DNA of 64,000 nucleotides from the human T2T-CHM13v2.0 reference genome, Homo sapiens. Positions within the stretch are counted from its first letter, which is position 1. Each line of letters begins with the position of its first letter. Location: assembly GCF_009914755.1 (NCBI RefSeq), contig NC_060927.1. One strand, given 5' to 3'. The notes under the pieces were generated by a model, which worked only from the letters and a program-made list of their open reading frames with translations, searched no databases and was not told where the DNA came from. The position numbers were made by a program, and so were the translations under genes. Below, in pieces: positions 1 through 13,527 of the stretch.

Positions 1-199
1 CACCTTAGCAATGACTTAGCAGAGCTGGCAAGACATGGTCCCTTTCAGTCTGGTAACCGAAACTCAGGCCCGCCCTGACCAAACTGGGAAGCTGGTCACA
101 TTCCCCAGACTTTATGTTTGGTAAAATGTTACATTTAGACAAATCCTTATACTCCTTTCTTGTTTTCTCTAAGAAAGGAACAAACTTTGTGTCAGGTTA

Positions 200-975
<776 letters not shown>

Positions 976-2324
976 AAGATAGGAGAATAGGTTAGTAGTG
1001 GCCTGGTAACTACAGTTTCTCCCCAAACACACACAATGAGAGAAAATCTGTTTATGAGTAACATCAAGTAGCCGAGAGAATGAGTTTCCTGGGCCCGGGA
1101 TAGGTGCTGTCTCTCAGCAGGAGTTTGCATCAGGCTGCTCATGTTATTGGGCATGATTTCCTTTGCTCTCATATATCAATTTATAGCCTAGAGCCCTGTT
1201 CTCCTGCAGCGGCAGGCACAGATCCAGTGATGAGGCCGCTACCCTCATCACTAAGAGTTGATAAGTTTTTCTGTCTGGTTTACAATTTAGCTGTAGATTT
1301 CTGCTCTTCCCACATCTGGGTTGAAATCTTGCTTGTGAGATGGCCTGATCTCCTCTGGCCTCAAACTGGGTACTAACTGGAGCAGGAGGTGGGCTCACTG
1401 TGGCCCAGGAGGCTGCGGGGAGAGGGTGGATTTTATGTTGAACAGAGTGGGCAGGGGTTTTTCTCTCTTAAAGCCAAGCATAAACCAAACAAAACAGAAA
1501 CAAGAGACAAGTCAAGCGGCCCTTTACTCTCCAGGAAAATGTTCCTGCATTCCTGTTTTAAAGTCCTTCCTGCATTAAATAGAGGAATTGATGCATGGCA
1601 TTTTATTTAAGCTGGAATTATTCTTTATGTCACCAAAGGCTGCTTTCAGATCACCTGCACATGACAGATTATAAAACTCAGGCAGTTCTGACATCTGGGT
1701 TGACAGTCCCCCAGTAGATCTTTGTCTCCTGGGATGTCTATAGATGTCTAATTCTTGGCTTGTTTGTCTTTTGGTTTCTGGAGCCCGCAGGGCTACTCTG
1801 TAGGGAGGGGACAGGAAGGCTATGTGTGTGCACGCATGCACTCACCCACATGCGCACCCGTATACATACATGTAAGGCACAGTTCCTGTATCATCAAAAG
1901 AGTTTAACCTGGGTCCAGTTGCACAGCTTCTTAAAAAGCCTTACACAAAACTATATCTATTTTTAAGTGTCCCCATACTCACTCTTACTCCTTGTGATTC
2001 TTCCTGAGATTATTGCAATCACTGGCAGACTTTGTTTGCAATTACAGCCATTCCTCAACTTGTAGACAACAGTGACTGAAACAATGGAGTGACAGAGAAG
2101 ACAGAGGACAGTGGGTCCTAGTAGGCACAAGATATGGTGGTTTGAGAGGAAACAGGAGGTGCTAGCAAGTTTTTTTTTTTTTTTTAAATGAGTGTTATAG
2201 GATGTGAAGGAGGGGAAGCAGGCTAAGGGAATCCAGACAGACCCTTGAAAATGCACTCCAAGATGTGTTTGGAGATGAATTGAACTACCCTAATTTTATA
2301 ATTTAGAAAGTATATTATGTGTAC

Positions 2325-2535
2325 CCAGAGTTTACTATGCAACAGGAACTATGCTAAATGGTTTACATACATCATTTCATTAGCTGCTCATAAAACCAAT
2401 CTGTGGCATCATTATTAGCTCATTTTACAGATGGGAAAGCCAAGCCTAGGAGAAGCTACATAATATGCCTAGGATCACACAGCTAATGCACAGTGAGCTG
2501 TGATTGAAACCCAGTCCTCTCAGACTCCAGAGCCC
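2325..2535 (-). mobile_element. MIR SINE
   Basis: MIR core in antisense: cattttacagatgggaaagc...aggatcacacagcta...gaaacccagtc. Confidence 0.85.
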
Positions 2536-2749
2536 TCCTGTGCTCTTAGTGATGATAGTCCTAAATCCCTCCCCCTATCCCCAGCCCCAACTGCTGTTCA
2601 CATGTGCCTTTGGGTTTTGAAGATAATGCTTACCTTGAGACAGTAAATAAATACTGGGTGGACATCCTTTTGTCAGCAGTATGCTGCTTTTTAATGCTGG
2701 AAAGATGGATCTTCCTGGGGTGAGATCATAACAAAAATTTTAATACTTG

Positions 2750-3455
<706 letters not shown>

Positions 3456-3574
3456 AGTAAGAGTTAACAGTTATAATGAGGGAAAATCAGCCTTTAGAAA
3501 ATTTTTTAGAAATAAAAGTGTGGCCCATTCTACCTTGGGTCAGCAATATGTAACAGTCATGCTGGACCATCCAT

Positions 3575-3978
3575 GATGGGTACACATAGGCTGCTATAAC
3601 AACATACCCTAGACTGGGTGGCTTTAAACAATAGACATTGATTTTTTTAGAGTTCTGGAGACTCAAAGTCCAATATCAAGGTGCCGGTAAGTTTGGTTTC
3701 TTCTGAGCCTTCTCTCCTGGGCAGGAGGTGGCCACCATCTTGCCATGTCCTCACGTGGTCTTTCCTTTGTGCATGCACGTATCTGATGTCACTCTGTATG
3801 TCCTAATCTCTTCTTTTCATAAAGACACCAGTCAGATTGGATTAGAACCCACCCATAAGGCTTCATTACCTTAATTATCTGTTTGAAGACCCTATCTCCA
3901 AATGCAATCACATTCTGAGTTACTGGGTGTTAAGACTTCAACATAGGAATTTTAGGGAGAACACAGTTCAGCCCATAG
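3575..3978 (-). mobile_element. MLT1A/B-like MaLR solo LTR
   Basis: ggctgctataacaacataccctagactgggtggc...gacttcaacataggaattttagggagaacacagttcagcccata. Confidence 0.85.
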
Positions 3979-4514
3979 GAATTTGGATGTCACTATTCCA
4001 GCTTAGGAGTTGGAACAAGGTATTCTTTATAATTTCTTTATATCTACACTGGAAAACTTGAAGGTTCCTACAAGAAAACTGCACTTTTTTGCCAGAAGGG
4101 TTCTAGTTTCCTTGGCACTTCTTGCTCTGTACTTAGCCTCCTATAAATCTGTTTAAAACCCTGCCCTGTGGCTCTGCAGGCAAGAGCACTGTCCCAGGCA
4201 CATCTTTCTCCGAAATCAGCTGGGGAAACTTGGAGGAAGGCATTTTTAAACAGAAGCTCCAGGGATACCGCAACATGGAGCCAGAGGCTGGTGCATTTAG
4301 ACTGCTGGGGTGTGACTGGCTACCTTTCTTAGGGATGGGGGTTGTTGAGATTAGGCCAGGATGGACTGAGAAGACACTAATCTAGACTTCAGGGGAAAAA
4401 CAAATCAATTTACAAACAGCACCTTGGCTTTTTTTCCTTGCTCATTTTAGTCACTCCTTACTTAAATATATTAAGTACCCACTGAGTCCTTTCTCCGAGT
4501 AAGACACATCACTA

Positions 4515-4735
4515 AGGGTTTTGCAACCTGGGCATTAATGACATATTATCGGACAGATAATTCTGTGTTGTAGGGAGCTATCCTAAGCATTGCAGGGTGT
4601 TGAGCAGGATCCCTGTTCTCTATCCACTGGATGCCAGTGGCACCCTACTCCCAGTTATGAGACTTAAAAATGCCTCAAGATAGTACCAAATATCCCCTGG
4701 GAGGAAAAAATGGCCCCAGTTGAAAGTCACTGTGC
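4515..4735. mobile_element. MER20 (hAT-Charlie MITE)
   Basis: gataattctgtgttgtagggagctatcctaagcattgcaggg...ccactggatgccagtggcac. Confidence 0.8.
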
Positions 4736-4833
4736 TGAGTGATTTATATACATTAAAGCATTTAATACTCAGCTGCCTACCAGCAATTACTTCCTACTCT
4801 GCACAGCTGGAGCCTGAGCCACAGGGAAGTTAG

Positions 4834-5262
<429 letters not shown>

Positions 5263-5299
5263 AAACTGGGCAATTTCTATTGATGAGAAGGCTTCTGAT

Positions 5300-5450
5300 T
5301 TGTTCCTTTGTTCATTTTTACAGCAAATATTTTTTGAACTCTTATGATATGTCAGGCACTGTTTTAGATGTTGGACGGGATGCTGAAGTGAATCAAATGA
5401 TACAAATCCCTGCCTTATGGGGTTTGGAATGTACAAATAGATGGCATAAC
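5300..5450 (-). mobile_element. L2 3' fragment
   Basis: ttcatttttacagcaaatattttttgaactcttatgatatgtcaggcactg resembles the antisense L2 terminus. Confidence 0.6.
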
Positions 5451-7202
5451 ATTCCAAGTCCTCCGTGAGGAGGCAGTGAGACAAGGCAGTGAGACCACAT
5501 TATCAAACAGGTGATAGGTTATGTTGACATTTTGCTTTTCTTCCTATTATAATTACTGTTATTGTTGTTGTTGTGTCAGTACCCACATCAGCTTAAGAGC
5601 TTTACTCCAGCCAAACTTTGAATTCCAGGACATTGCATTTCCACTACTGAAAAAAAAAAAACTGTATGCTGCTTTGGTAGAATCGAAATAAAGCTCAGAA
5701 TCAGAAAGCCTAAGTATTTTTAACACAATATTGCAGAATAGCTGCTCAGCGTTTTTTCAAATCCAATCAGTTAAATTTTGTCTCATTTTCTCTCCTTACC
5801 TGGATAAATGATGGGGTTTTGATGTTCTTGCGAGTCATTTAATAATAAAGGCTTGAATCTAGCCCATTTAAACTCCCTCTTGATGGGCTAGAGTTGATGC
5901 TGTGATTTTTTTTTTCAAAAAAAAAAAAAAGAATTTTGTTTCATTTTAGGGTCCATGTGAATTCTTCCCGTAAGAGCACACACATAAGTTTCTAACACTT
6001 ATTGAAGTCTTTTGATAAATGGCACCATAAACGTAGGCGATTTTCTACATCTTGTTCATAGGCTTTTGAAATTTACAAGGTTTCCTTTAATACAATTGTC
6101 TATGCCAGCTAACAGGCAGTTTTATGGTCTATCTGTATTTATCATTAGGATAAAAAAATACCCTCATCTTAGGTTCTTTATTCTCACAGGCACATAAATA
6201 ATTCCAAATAACCAGCAATATCTTGGCCACTATTTGATTTGGTAGCTTTGGGGGAAATTTCTCCTATTTTGCTTACTATTAAACCACTTTCTACCATGCA
6301 CATTTTCTTGAGTTTTGAAGGGCAAGGGCAAATTCTAAAATGAATGATGTGAGTCTGACTAATGTATCCAGAAGTGTCAAAATGCAGTTTTGAAACAATC
6401 ATGATGTGACTGAAATTCCTTGGAACCCTATGCACACCTTTATCTTAGAAGCTGGGGTAGGTGGGCACAGAGAAATGCTTTCAGAGTGGCCGGCGGGTTT
6501 TCAGGTTCTATTTAAGACTGTCACAGCTGATAAACTTTTAGAATTGTTAAAAATTGAATTACATTTCCATTATACCAGAGCAATCAGTTGAATAGTTTGT
6601 CATCCTCTTAAGACAATAAGATCAAACCAGTTTGTCCTCCAAAAGACTGGAATTAACCTGTTTTGACAGTTTTTAATAGTTATTTTAAAAATAAATTTTG
6701 GCCCCCACTGTAGTTACATCTAACTACTTCCAACATGGTACAAAATATAAAAAGATATATTTGTTGTTGCAGGAGAAATATTACATTATTTATTAGGTAT
6801 CTAAAAATTCTATTTTCTTATGTGCTGTTATTGATGTCATATAGCTCACATGCCACTATATTAAGACTGTTTCAGCTGTATATTTTAGTAACAGAAAAAT
6901 GAAAGGAAAAAATAAGATTAACTTAACTTCTCTTTTATGTTTAAAAAACTAAGTCTAGAGATGGAAGTTCAGGGCTAATATGATGGTACCACAAAGGCAT
7001 TGGAGACCCTGGCTGCTTCTAGCCATTTGTTCTCCATCCTTAGAATGTGTGATCATTGGCTCATGGCCCAAAATGGTTGCTGGAGTGCCAAGCATCACAG
7101 CCAGGTTCCAGGCAGCACGAAGGAGAAAGAAGAGAAGTCTCTGCTCACAATCTTTTAAGGAGACTTTGTGGGAGTCTCACACAACATTTCTATTTACATC
7201 TT

Positions 7203-8023
7203 TTAAAAAAATTTATTTAACTTTTATTTTAAATTCAGGGGTACATGTGCAGCTTTGTTATATAGGTAAACTTGTGTCATGGGGGTTTGTTGTACAAATT
7301 ATTTTGTCACCCAGGTATTAAGCCTAGTACCCATTAGTTATTTTTCCTGATCTTCTCCCTCCTCCCACCCTCCACCCTTTGATAGGACCCAGTGTGTGTT
7401 GTTCCCAACAATGTCTGTGTGTTCTCATCATTTAGCTTCCACAGATAAGTGAGAACACATGGTACTTGGTTTTCTGTTCCTGTGTTATTTCACTAAGGAT
7501 AGTGGCCTGCAGAGTGGCCTGCAGCTCCATTCATGTTCTTACAAAGGATATGATCTCGTCTTTTTATGGCTGCATAGTATTCCATGATGTACGTGTACCA
7601 CATTTCCTTTATCCAGTCAATCACTGATGGGCATTTATGTTGATTCCATGTCTTTGCTATTGTGAATAGTTCTACAATGAACATATATGTGTATGTGTCT
7701 TTATAACAGAATGATTTATATTCCTCTAGGTATATACCCAGTAATGAGATTACTGGGTTAAATGGTAGTTCTGTTTTTAGATCTTTGAGGAATCTCTACA
7801 CCATCTTCCACAATGGTTGAACTAACTTACACTCTCATCAAGTGTATAAGTATTCCCTTTTCTCTGCAACCTCACCAGCATCTGTTATTTTTTGACTTTA
7901 TAATAGTAGCCATTCTGACTGGTATGAGATGGTATCTCATTGTGGTTGTGATTTGTGTTTCTCTAATGATCAGTGAATTTGAGCTTTTTTTTCATATGCT
8001 TGTTGGCTGCATGTACATCGTCT

Positions 8024-8054
<31 letters not shown>

Positions 8055-9456
8055 GGAGACAGAGTCTCACCCTGTCGCCCAGGCTGGAGTGAAATGGTGC
8101 AATCTCAGCTCACTGAAACCTGCAACCTCCACCTCCTGGGTTCAAGCGATTCTCCTGCCTCAGCCTCCCAACTAAGTAGCTGGGATTACTGGCACCTGCC
8201 ATCACCCCTGGGTAATTTTTATATTTTTAGTAGAGACAGGGTTTCACCTTGTTGGCCAGGCTGGTCTTGATCTCCTGACCTCATGATCCACCCGCCTTGG
8301 CCTCCCAAAATCCTGGGATTACAAGTGTGAGCCACCATGCCCAACCCTGCATGTATGTCTTCTTTTGAAAAGTGTTGTTCATGTCCTTTGCCCACTTTTA
8401 ATGGGATTGTTTTTTTCTTGTAAATTTGTTTAAGTTCCTTATAGATGCTAGATATTAGACCTTTGTCAGATGCACAGTTTGCAAAAATTTTCTCCTATTC
8501 TGTAGGTTGTTTACTGTTGATAGTTTTTATTTTTTTTGGCTGTGCAGAAGCTCTTTAGTTGGATTAGATCCCATTTGTCAATTTTTGCTTGTGTTGCAAT
8601 TGCTTTTGGTATCTTCATCATGAAATCTTTGCCCATTCCTATGTCCAGAATGGCATTGCCTAGATTGTCTTCCAGGGTTTTTGTAGTTTTGTGTTTTATA
8701 TTTAAGTCTTTAATCCATCTTGAGTTTATTTTTGTATATGGTGCAAGGAAGGGGTCCAGTTTCAATCTTCTGCATATGACTAGCCAGTTATCCCAGCAGC
8801 ATTTATTGAATATGGAATCCTTCCCACATTGCTTTTTTTGGTCAGGTTTGTCAAAAATCAAATAATTGTAGGTATGCAGCATTATTTCTGGGTTCTCTAT
8901 TCTGTTCCATTTGTCTCTGTGCCTCTTTTTGTACTGGTAGCATGCTGTTTTGGTTACTGTAGCCCTGTAGGAAATATCTAGAAAATCCCATAATCTCAGC
9001 CCAAAAGCTTCGTAAGCTGATAAACAACTTCAGCAAAGTCTCAGGATATAAAATCGGTGTGCAAAAATCACTCACATTTCTACACACCAACAACAGTGAA
9101 GCGGAGAGCCAAATCAGGAATGCAATCTCATTCACAATTGCAAGAAAGGAAAACAAATATCTAGGAATACAGCTAAACAGGGAAGTAAAATATTTCTATA
9201 AGGAGAACTACAAAACACTGCTCAAAGAAATCAGATATGACACAAACAAATGGAAAAACATTCCATGCTCATGGATGGGAAGAATCAATTTTGTTAAAGT
9301 GGCCATACTGCCCAAAGCAATTTATAGATTAAATGCTATTCCTGTTAAACTACCATTGACATTCTTCACAGAACTAGAAAAAAATTTTTAAAATTCATAT
9401 GGAACCAAAAAAGAGCCCAAATAGCCACTGCAATCCTAAGCAAAAAGAACAAAGCT
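7203..9456 (-). mobile_element. 5'-truncated primate L1 (older L1PA) with 5' inversion: 7203-8968 on -, 8969-9456 on +
   Basis: L1 3'UTR and ORF2 C-terminal peptides on - ([30 protein letters not shown]); upstream ORF2 peptide on + ([12 protein letters not shown]); TSD tttacatctt at 7193-7202 and 9468-9477. Confidence 0.93.
8024..8345 (-). mobile_element. AluS inserted in L1
   Basis: Antisense Alu with long T tract; imperfect TSD tgcatgta..gtcttc. Confidence 0.96.
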
Positions 9457-10348
9457 ATTGGGATCTCTTTACATCTTATTGGCCAAAACTTAATTACCTG
9501 GTCATACCTAGCAGCAAGAGAGTTTGGGAAATCCAATCTTCTGGTTTGAAGGCAATGTATCCAGTTGAAAACCAGGATTCTGTTACCGAGAAAGTTGAAA
9601 AAATTGTAGTGTTTGCACCTGCTTATTCCACTAGGCCAAAGAAACAGACTTGCCAAGTAAATGTTGCTGTGCCTCTTCTGGTTTCAAACAGCTGCTCTCA
9701 GGGTAACTGTGTCTTTGAATAAATGTTGATTCTCTTCTCTCTTCCCCTTTCTATTACCCCTGAGTGGTATCTGGTTGAGGAGCAGGCTAACCACCTCACG
9801 GGACAGCTGGGTGATGGGAGACCCTCTGTGCCTGGACTGGTGCCTGCTGTGGTGTGGCTGAGATGGGCTGGGCTGTCGTTCTGGTGAATGCTCAGTCTCT
9901 GAGTTTTGCATCTGTCCCCTGCTGCTGGTGACTGCAGACTTGGCCACACCTCTGTTCATGAGATCTCTCCAGTCCTCTGAGAACTTCCACCACCGCCTCC
10001 TGGGTCCCTTAGGAACGTCTCATCTAAGCACATGCAGGTAGAGGGAATCAGAGGCCAGACCTGAGGCCAAGACCTTTACCTGGGACTGTCTTCTTCCCAT
10101 ACTTCTCTCAAAGGGGTGAAGGGTCCCCCCAGGTGATCTAGGGGGAAGCAGGGTGCCAGCCCCAAAGTTTCTACCATTTCCTTCTCTCAAGTTTCAACCC
10201 TAAGGGCAGAGGAAGGAGCGAATTGAGGGCTCTGAGCTGTTAAGTCTCTGTCTTGCTTTCTCTCTTGAGCTGCTGCTTCTGGTGTCTTGATATCTCCCTG
10301 CTCTGTGGACTTCACTGTTGTGGGGGAAACTGCCTTTTCCTTTCCCAG

Positions 10349-10489
10349 TTAGCATCATGGCTTAGCCTTAGTGGTGAAAGGGCTGAAGGGAAAATAAAAA
10401 GAAAAAAAAATCACAAGGAAAAATACTTAGTAAAATATCCTTTGACACATGCAAAAGCTGCTTATTTCCTGCAATATAGAAGAAACATG
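10349..10489 (+). other. Candidate cryptic or alternative exon, 141 nt, open in phase 0
   Basis: Acceptor ctgccttttcctttcccAG (ends 10348); donor ATG|GTGAGT (GT at 10490); 47 codons without a stop. Confidence 0.4.

Positions 10490-10493
<4 letters not shown>

Positions 10494-10540
<47 letters not shown>
10494..10540 (+). repeat. (TG)n microsatellite, ~23 units
   Basis: Perfect dinucleotide run. Confidence 0.99.
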
Positions 10541-10544
<4 letters not shown>

Positions 10545-10745
10545 ATTGGAGACGCAGTAAAAATCAGCTCTCATTCTACCTGGTCCAGTTATCAAGAACA
10601 TCAAATTAACAAGAAACCTAGTTAAAAGTTGTTGTTGTTGTTGTTTTGTTGTTTTAACAATACTATTAACACATGACAAGATTAGAATGTGTACTATTTT
10701 AAAAAAATACTAAGTTATTTGGATTTTAAAAGTATTGTATTTTAC

Positions 10746-11048
10746 AATAGTTGAAATACATCTGTTACATCATATATTACATCTGTTACATCAATAATAT
10801 TGTCAAAGTAATGGATAAAACCATAACTTAACACATCAAAGTCATATACTAGATCTGATACTATTTAGTTTATTATCGAAATTGGAAGGATTCATTGAGC
10901 AGCATAGAAATTTGTTTACATGTTACTTTGGGATGCTAGGTATTTGTGGAACTAAAAAGAATCAGGCACTTTTGTACTTTGTTTTTAAATCTGTGACGTT
11001 CTTCAAATTTAATTCATAAATTGATGCAATTTCATACTTAGGAACATA
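10746..11048 (+). pseudogene. Short processed retrocopy of an mRNA 3' UTR end (parent not identified)
   Basis: 18-bp TSD aaaa(g/a)tattgtattttac at 10728-10745 and 11049-11066; TT/AAAA endonuclease site; CATAAA at 11015-11020 about 27 nt before the end; no resemblance to a TE family I recognise. Confidence 0.7.
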
Positions 11049-12739
11049 AAAAATATTGTATTTTACTATTATTACTGTTTCCAGTTCCTGACATATGTTT
11101 ATTGAATGAATAAATGAATGAACTACATATATACTTGAAATCAAGAATGCAGAAGGAAAAAAGAAAACTCACAAATCTCAAGATAAGCCCCTTTTTTTTT
11201 CGTTTTAACTTCAGATATTCTTCCCCCTTTGGCATTTTGATGACCTTAATTCAAACTCAGATGCCCCTTGGCACATTTTTTATCCTGCTCAGAGGCGATA
11301 TGAATTTTACACTGTCTGTCACTGGCAGTAATTGCGTTAGGGAGCATCATCGATACCCTCCTCCCTCCAGCCCCCTGCTCTGGAGCTCGTGCTTCCTGCC
11401 ACGTCTCAGCTTCTGTCTGCGGAAATGCATGGCGTCCACATTAAGAACATGTTTTATTCTGTCTCTTTTACTCAGCGACACTCAGAAAGGAGGGTGTTTA
11501 CAGAGCTGAGAGGGGAGCACCACTTTTTCTAAAGCAATAAACATTTTCTTTATCTTTTTCTTCTTTCACGTTGGTGGCTATTAATTGTAAACTTTTGTGA
11601 TATTGGGAGCAGTAAAAAGAGCAATGAAATTGTTCCTGTGCATTGTGGGACTTTGGGCCTGTGGCATTTATTTGTTTAGATATTTATTATTTAAAAATAG
11701 ATATACTTTAAAGATATAATAAGTTTTCTTGAGAGACCCAGGGTAGCTGCTTTTTTTTTTAATTAAAGTGTCCAAATATTAATCTAAAGATTAATAAAGT
11801 TCTGCTGGTTTCCTGGGGCTATACAAGGTGCTATGACTTTTGGTCATACTTACCTCATTTTTTTTTCCAGAAAAGAAAATGCCTTATGATTTCATGAGGA
11901 CTTTACTGAACTGTGACTGGAAGTTTGGGGCTTTGTAATTCATCCATCTAAGAGAAATGGACATCTTTGCGTTACTGGTGTAATATTTGCTGGGTGTTTT
12001 ATTTGTGCAAACATTTGCTTTGGAGGGAGAAGGCAGGTTTTCAATTCACTCTGTAAGCTATTGGATGGTTCCTTTGGATGGGTCAACATGGCTCCTTTGA
12101 GGAATTTAAACCTGTCCAATCTCCTAAGTCTTAAACTGCATTATAAAGCAGAACTTGAGGGGAAATGAGCCTGAGTGGCTGGCACCCCTATGGTACACAG
12201 GAGGCTGTTTGCCTCACTCATACTTGGAGGCAAAACCTACCCTCAACCCCATCACTGGTCCCCTGTGAGTTGAGCTAAATGTTTATGTTTATTTTTTTCT
12301 TATGGCCAAACTATATATTTTTAAAAAAATCAAATAGTACAGAAATGTACAAAAGTAGACAGTGAAAATCTGTGTAAATCACTTTTAGAAATAAATTATT
12401 ACTTGGTGCATATCACATTACATGGATTTTAAAAGACTTGGAAAACTCAGAACGTCTGGAAACCATACGGTTTAGAAAATGGGGCAAAGCAGAGTAGGTG
12501 TGGTCACTCCATAGATCAATGATCCCAAATCCTGACTCTCTGTCCAAGGGATAGATTTCACCAGTTTCTGGTGAGATGAGAAAATAAGAATAATGCATTC
12601 TCTCCTTCCCACTTTTGTGGTCTTAAAAGATCATTTTTGAAATGATAATAAATTTAGTGTTATTAAGTCCTTCCTTGGAGTTGGAGATTAGGTTGTTATT
12701 CAAAGTATTTGTTGCCCATCTGCAGAGGAGAACCACATA

Positions 12740-13070
12740 TCCTTTCCTACTCTGTCCCCCAAGATATGAAGGTTGGCCATGAGACTTGCTTTGGCTATTT
12801 CATTCGTCAAATGTACCCTTTCATAGCAGAATCTTTAAGAGACAGTATATATCTAGAGAGAAACATTCTCTAGTATCTCTCTTCCTTCTTCCACAGGGTA
12901 TTGCCTGTACCATCTGCCTGGGTCTCAGACTGAGGATGACGAGGAGCAGAGTGGCAGCCAACTCATAATAGGTATGTTGCATAGCAGGGAAATAAAATTT
13001 TGTTGCTGCAAGCCATTGAGATTTGGGGTTGCTTGTTAGTGCATCATGACATAGCCTAAGCAAACCAATA
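12740..13070 (+). mobile_element. Old MLT1-like LTR
   Basis: 3' end aaataaaattttgttgctgcaagccattgagatttggggttgcttgttagtgcatcatgacatagcctaagcaaaccaata. Confidence 0.7.
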
Positions 13071-13214
13071 TACTTGGCAAAATTAAAAATAGGCAACCCT
13101 GTAGGGCCTCATCAGGTTATTACAATTTTATAAGTCTACAAATTCAGGCATTTGGGGCTTATCACTGTATGTAAAAATGAAATGGTAGGTAACAATGCTG
13201 AGTATTACTCTAGG

Positions 13215-13527
13215 CCTATGCTGTCTAATACAGTCGCCACTAGCCACACATGTCTATTGAGCACTTGAAATGTGGCTAGTCAGAATGAAGATGTGATATA
13301 AATGTCAAATACACACAAGTTTTTGAAGACTTAATACAAAGGAATGTGTGAAATATCTCAATTTTTATATTGATTACATGTTGAAATGATAATGTTTTGA
13401 ATCTATTGGGTCAAAATCAGAAAGAGTGCTAGCTTTAATTTCACTTGCTTCTTTTTTTAATGTGGCTACTAAAATGTTTAAATCACATATGTGAGTCATA
13501 TTAGATGTTTACTGCACAGCTCTGCTG
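13215..13527. mobile_element. MER33 (hAT-Charlie)
   Basis: ccactagccacacatgtctattgagcacttgaaatgtggctagt...gattacatgttgaaatgataat. Confidence 0.85.

Larger units (their letters stand above)
6860..9600 (-). mobile_element. Old MLT1(J/K)-like LTR split by the L1 at 7203-9456
   Basis: Left half ends acaacatttctatttacatctt; right half resumes attggccaaaacttaattacctggtcatacctagcagcaag. Confidence 0.6.

Noticed and set aside
7493-9391. ORFs with reverse-transcriptase-like peptides
   Set aside because: Fragments of a truncated, inverted L1 ORF2
10253-10679. 118-aa and 103-aa ORFs with VCVC or HTHT runs
   Set aside because: Read-through of the TG microsatellite; only the splice-bounded 10349-10489 part is kept as a candidate
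11845-12060. Acceptor-like ttttttttttccAG at 11869
   Set aside because: No convincing donor or open frame follows
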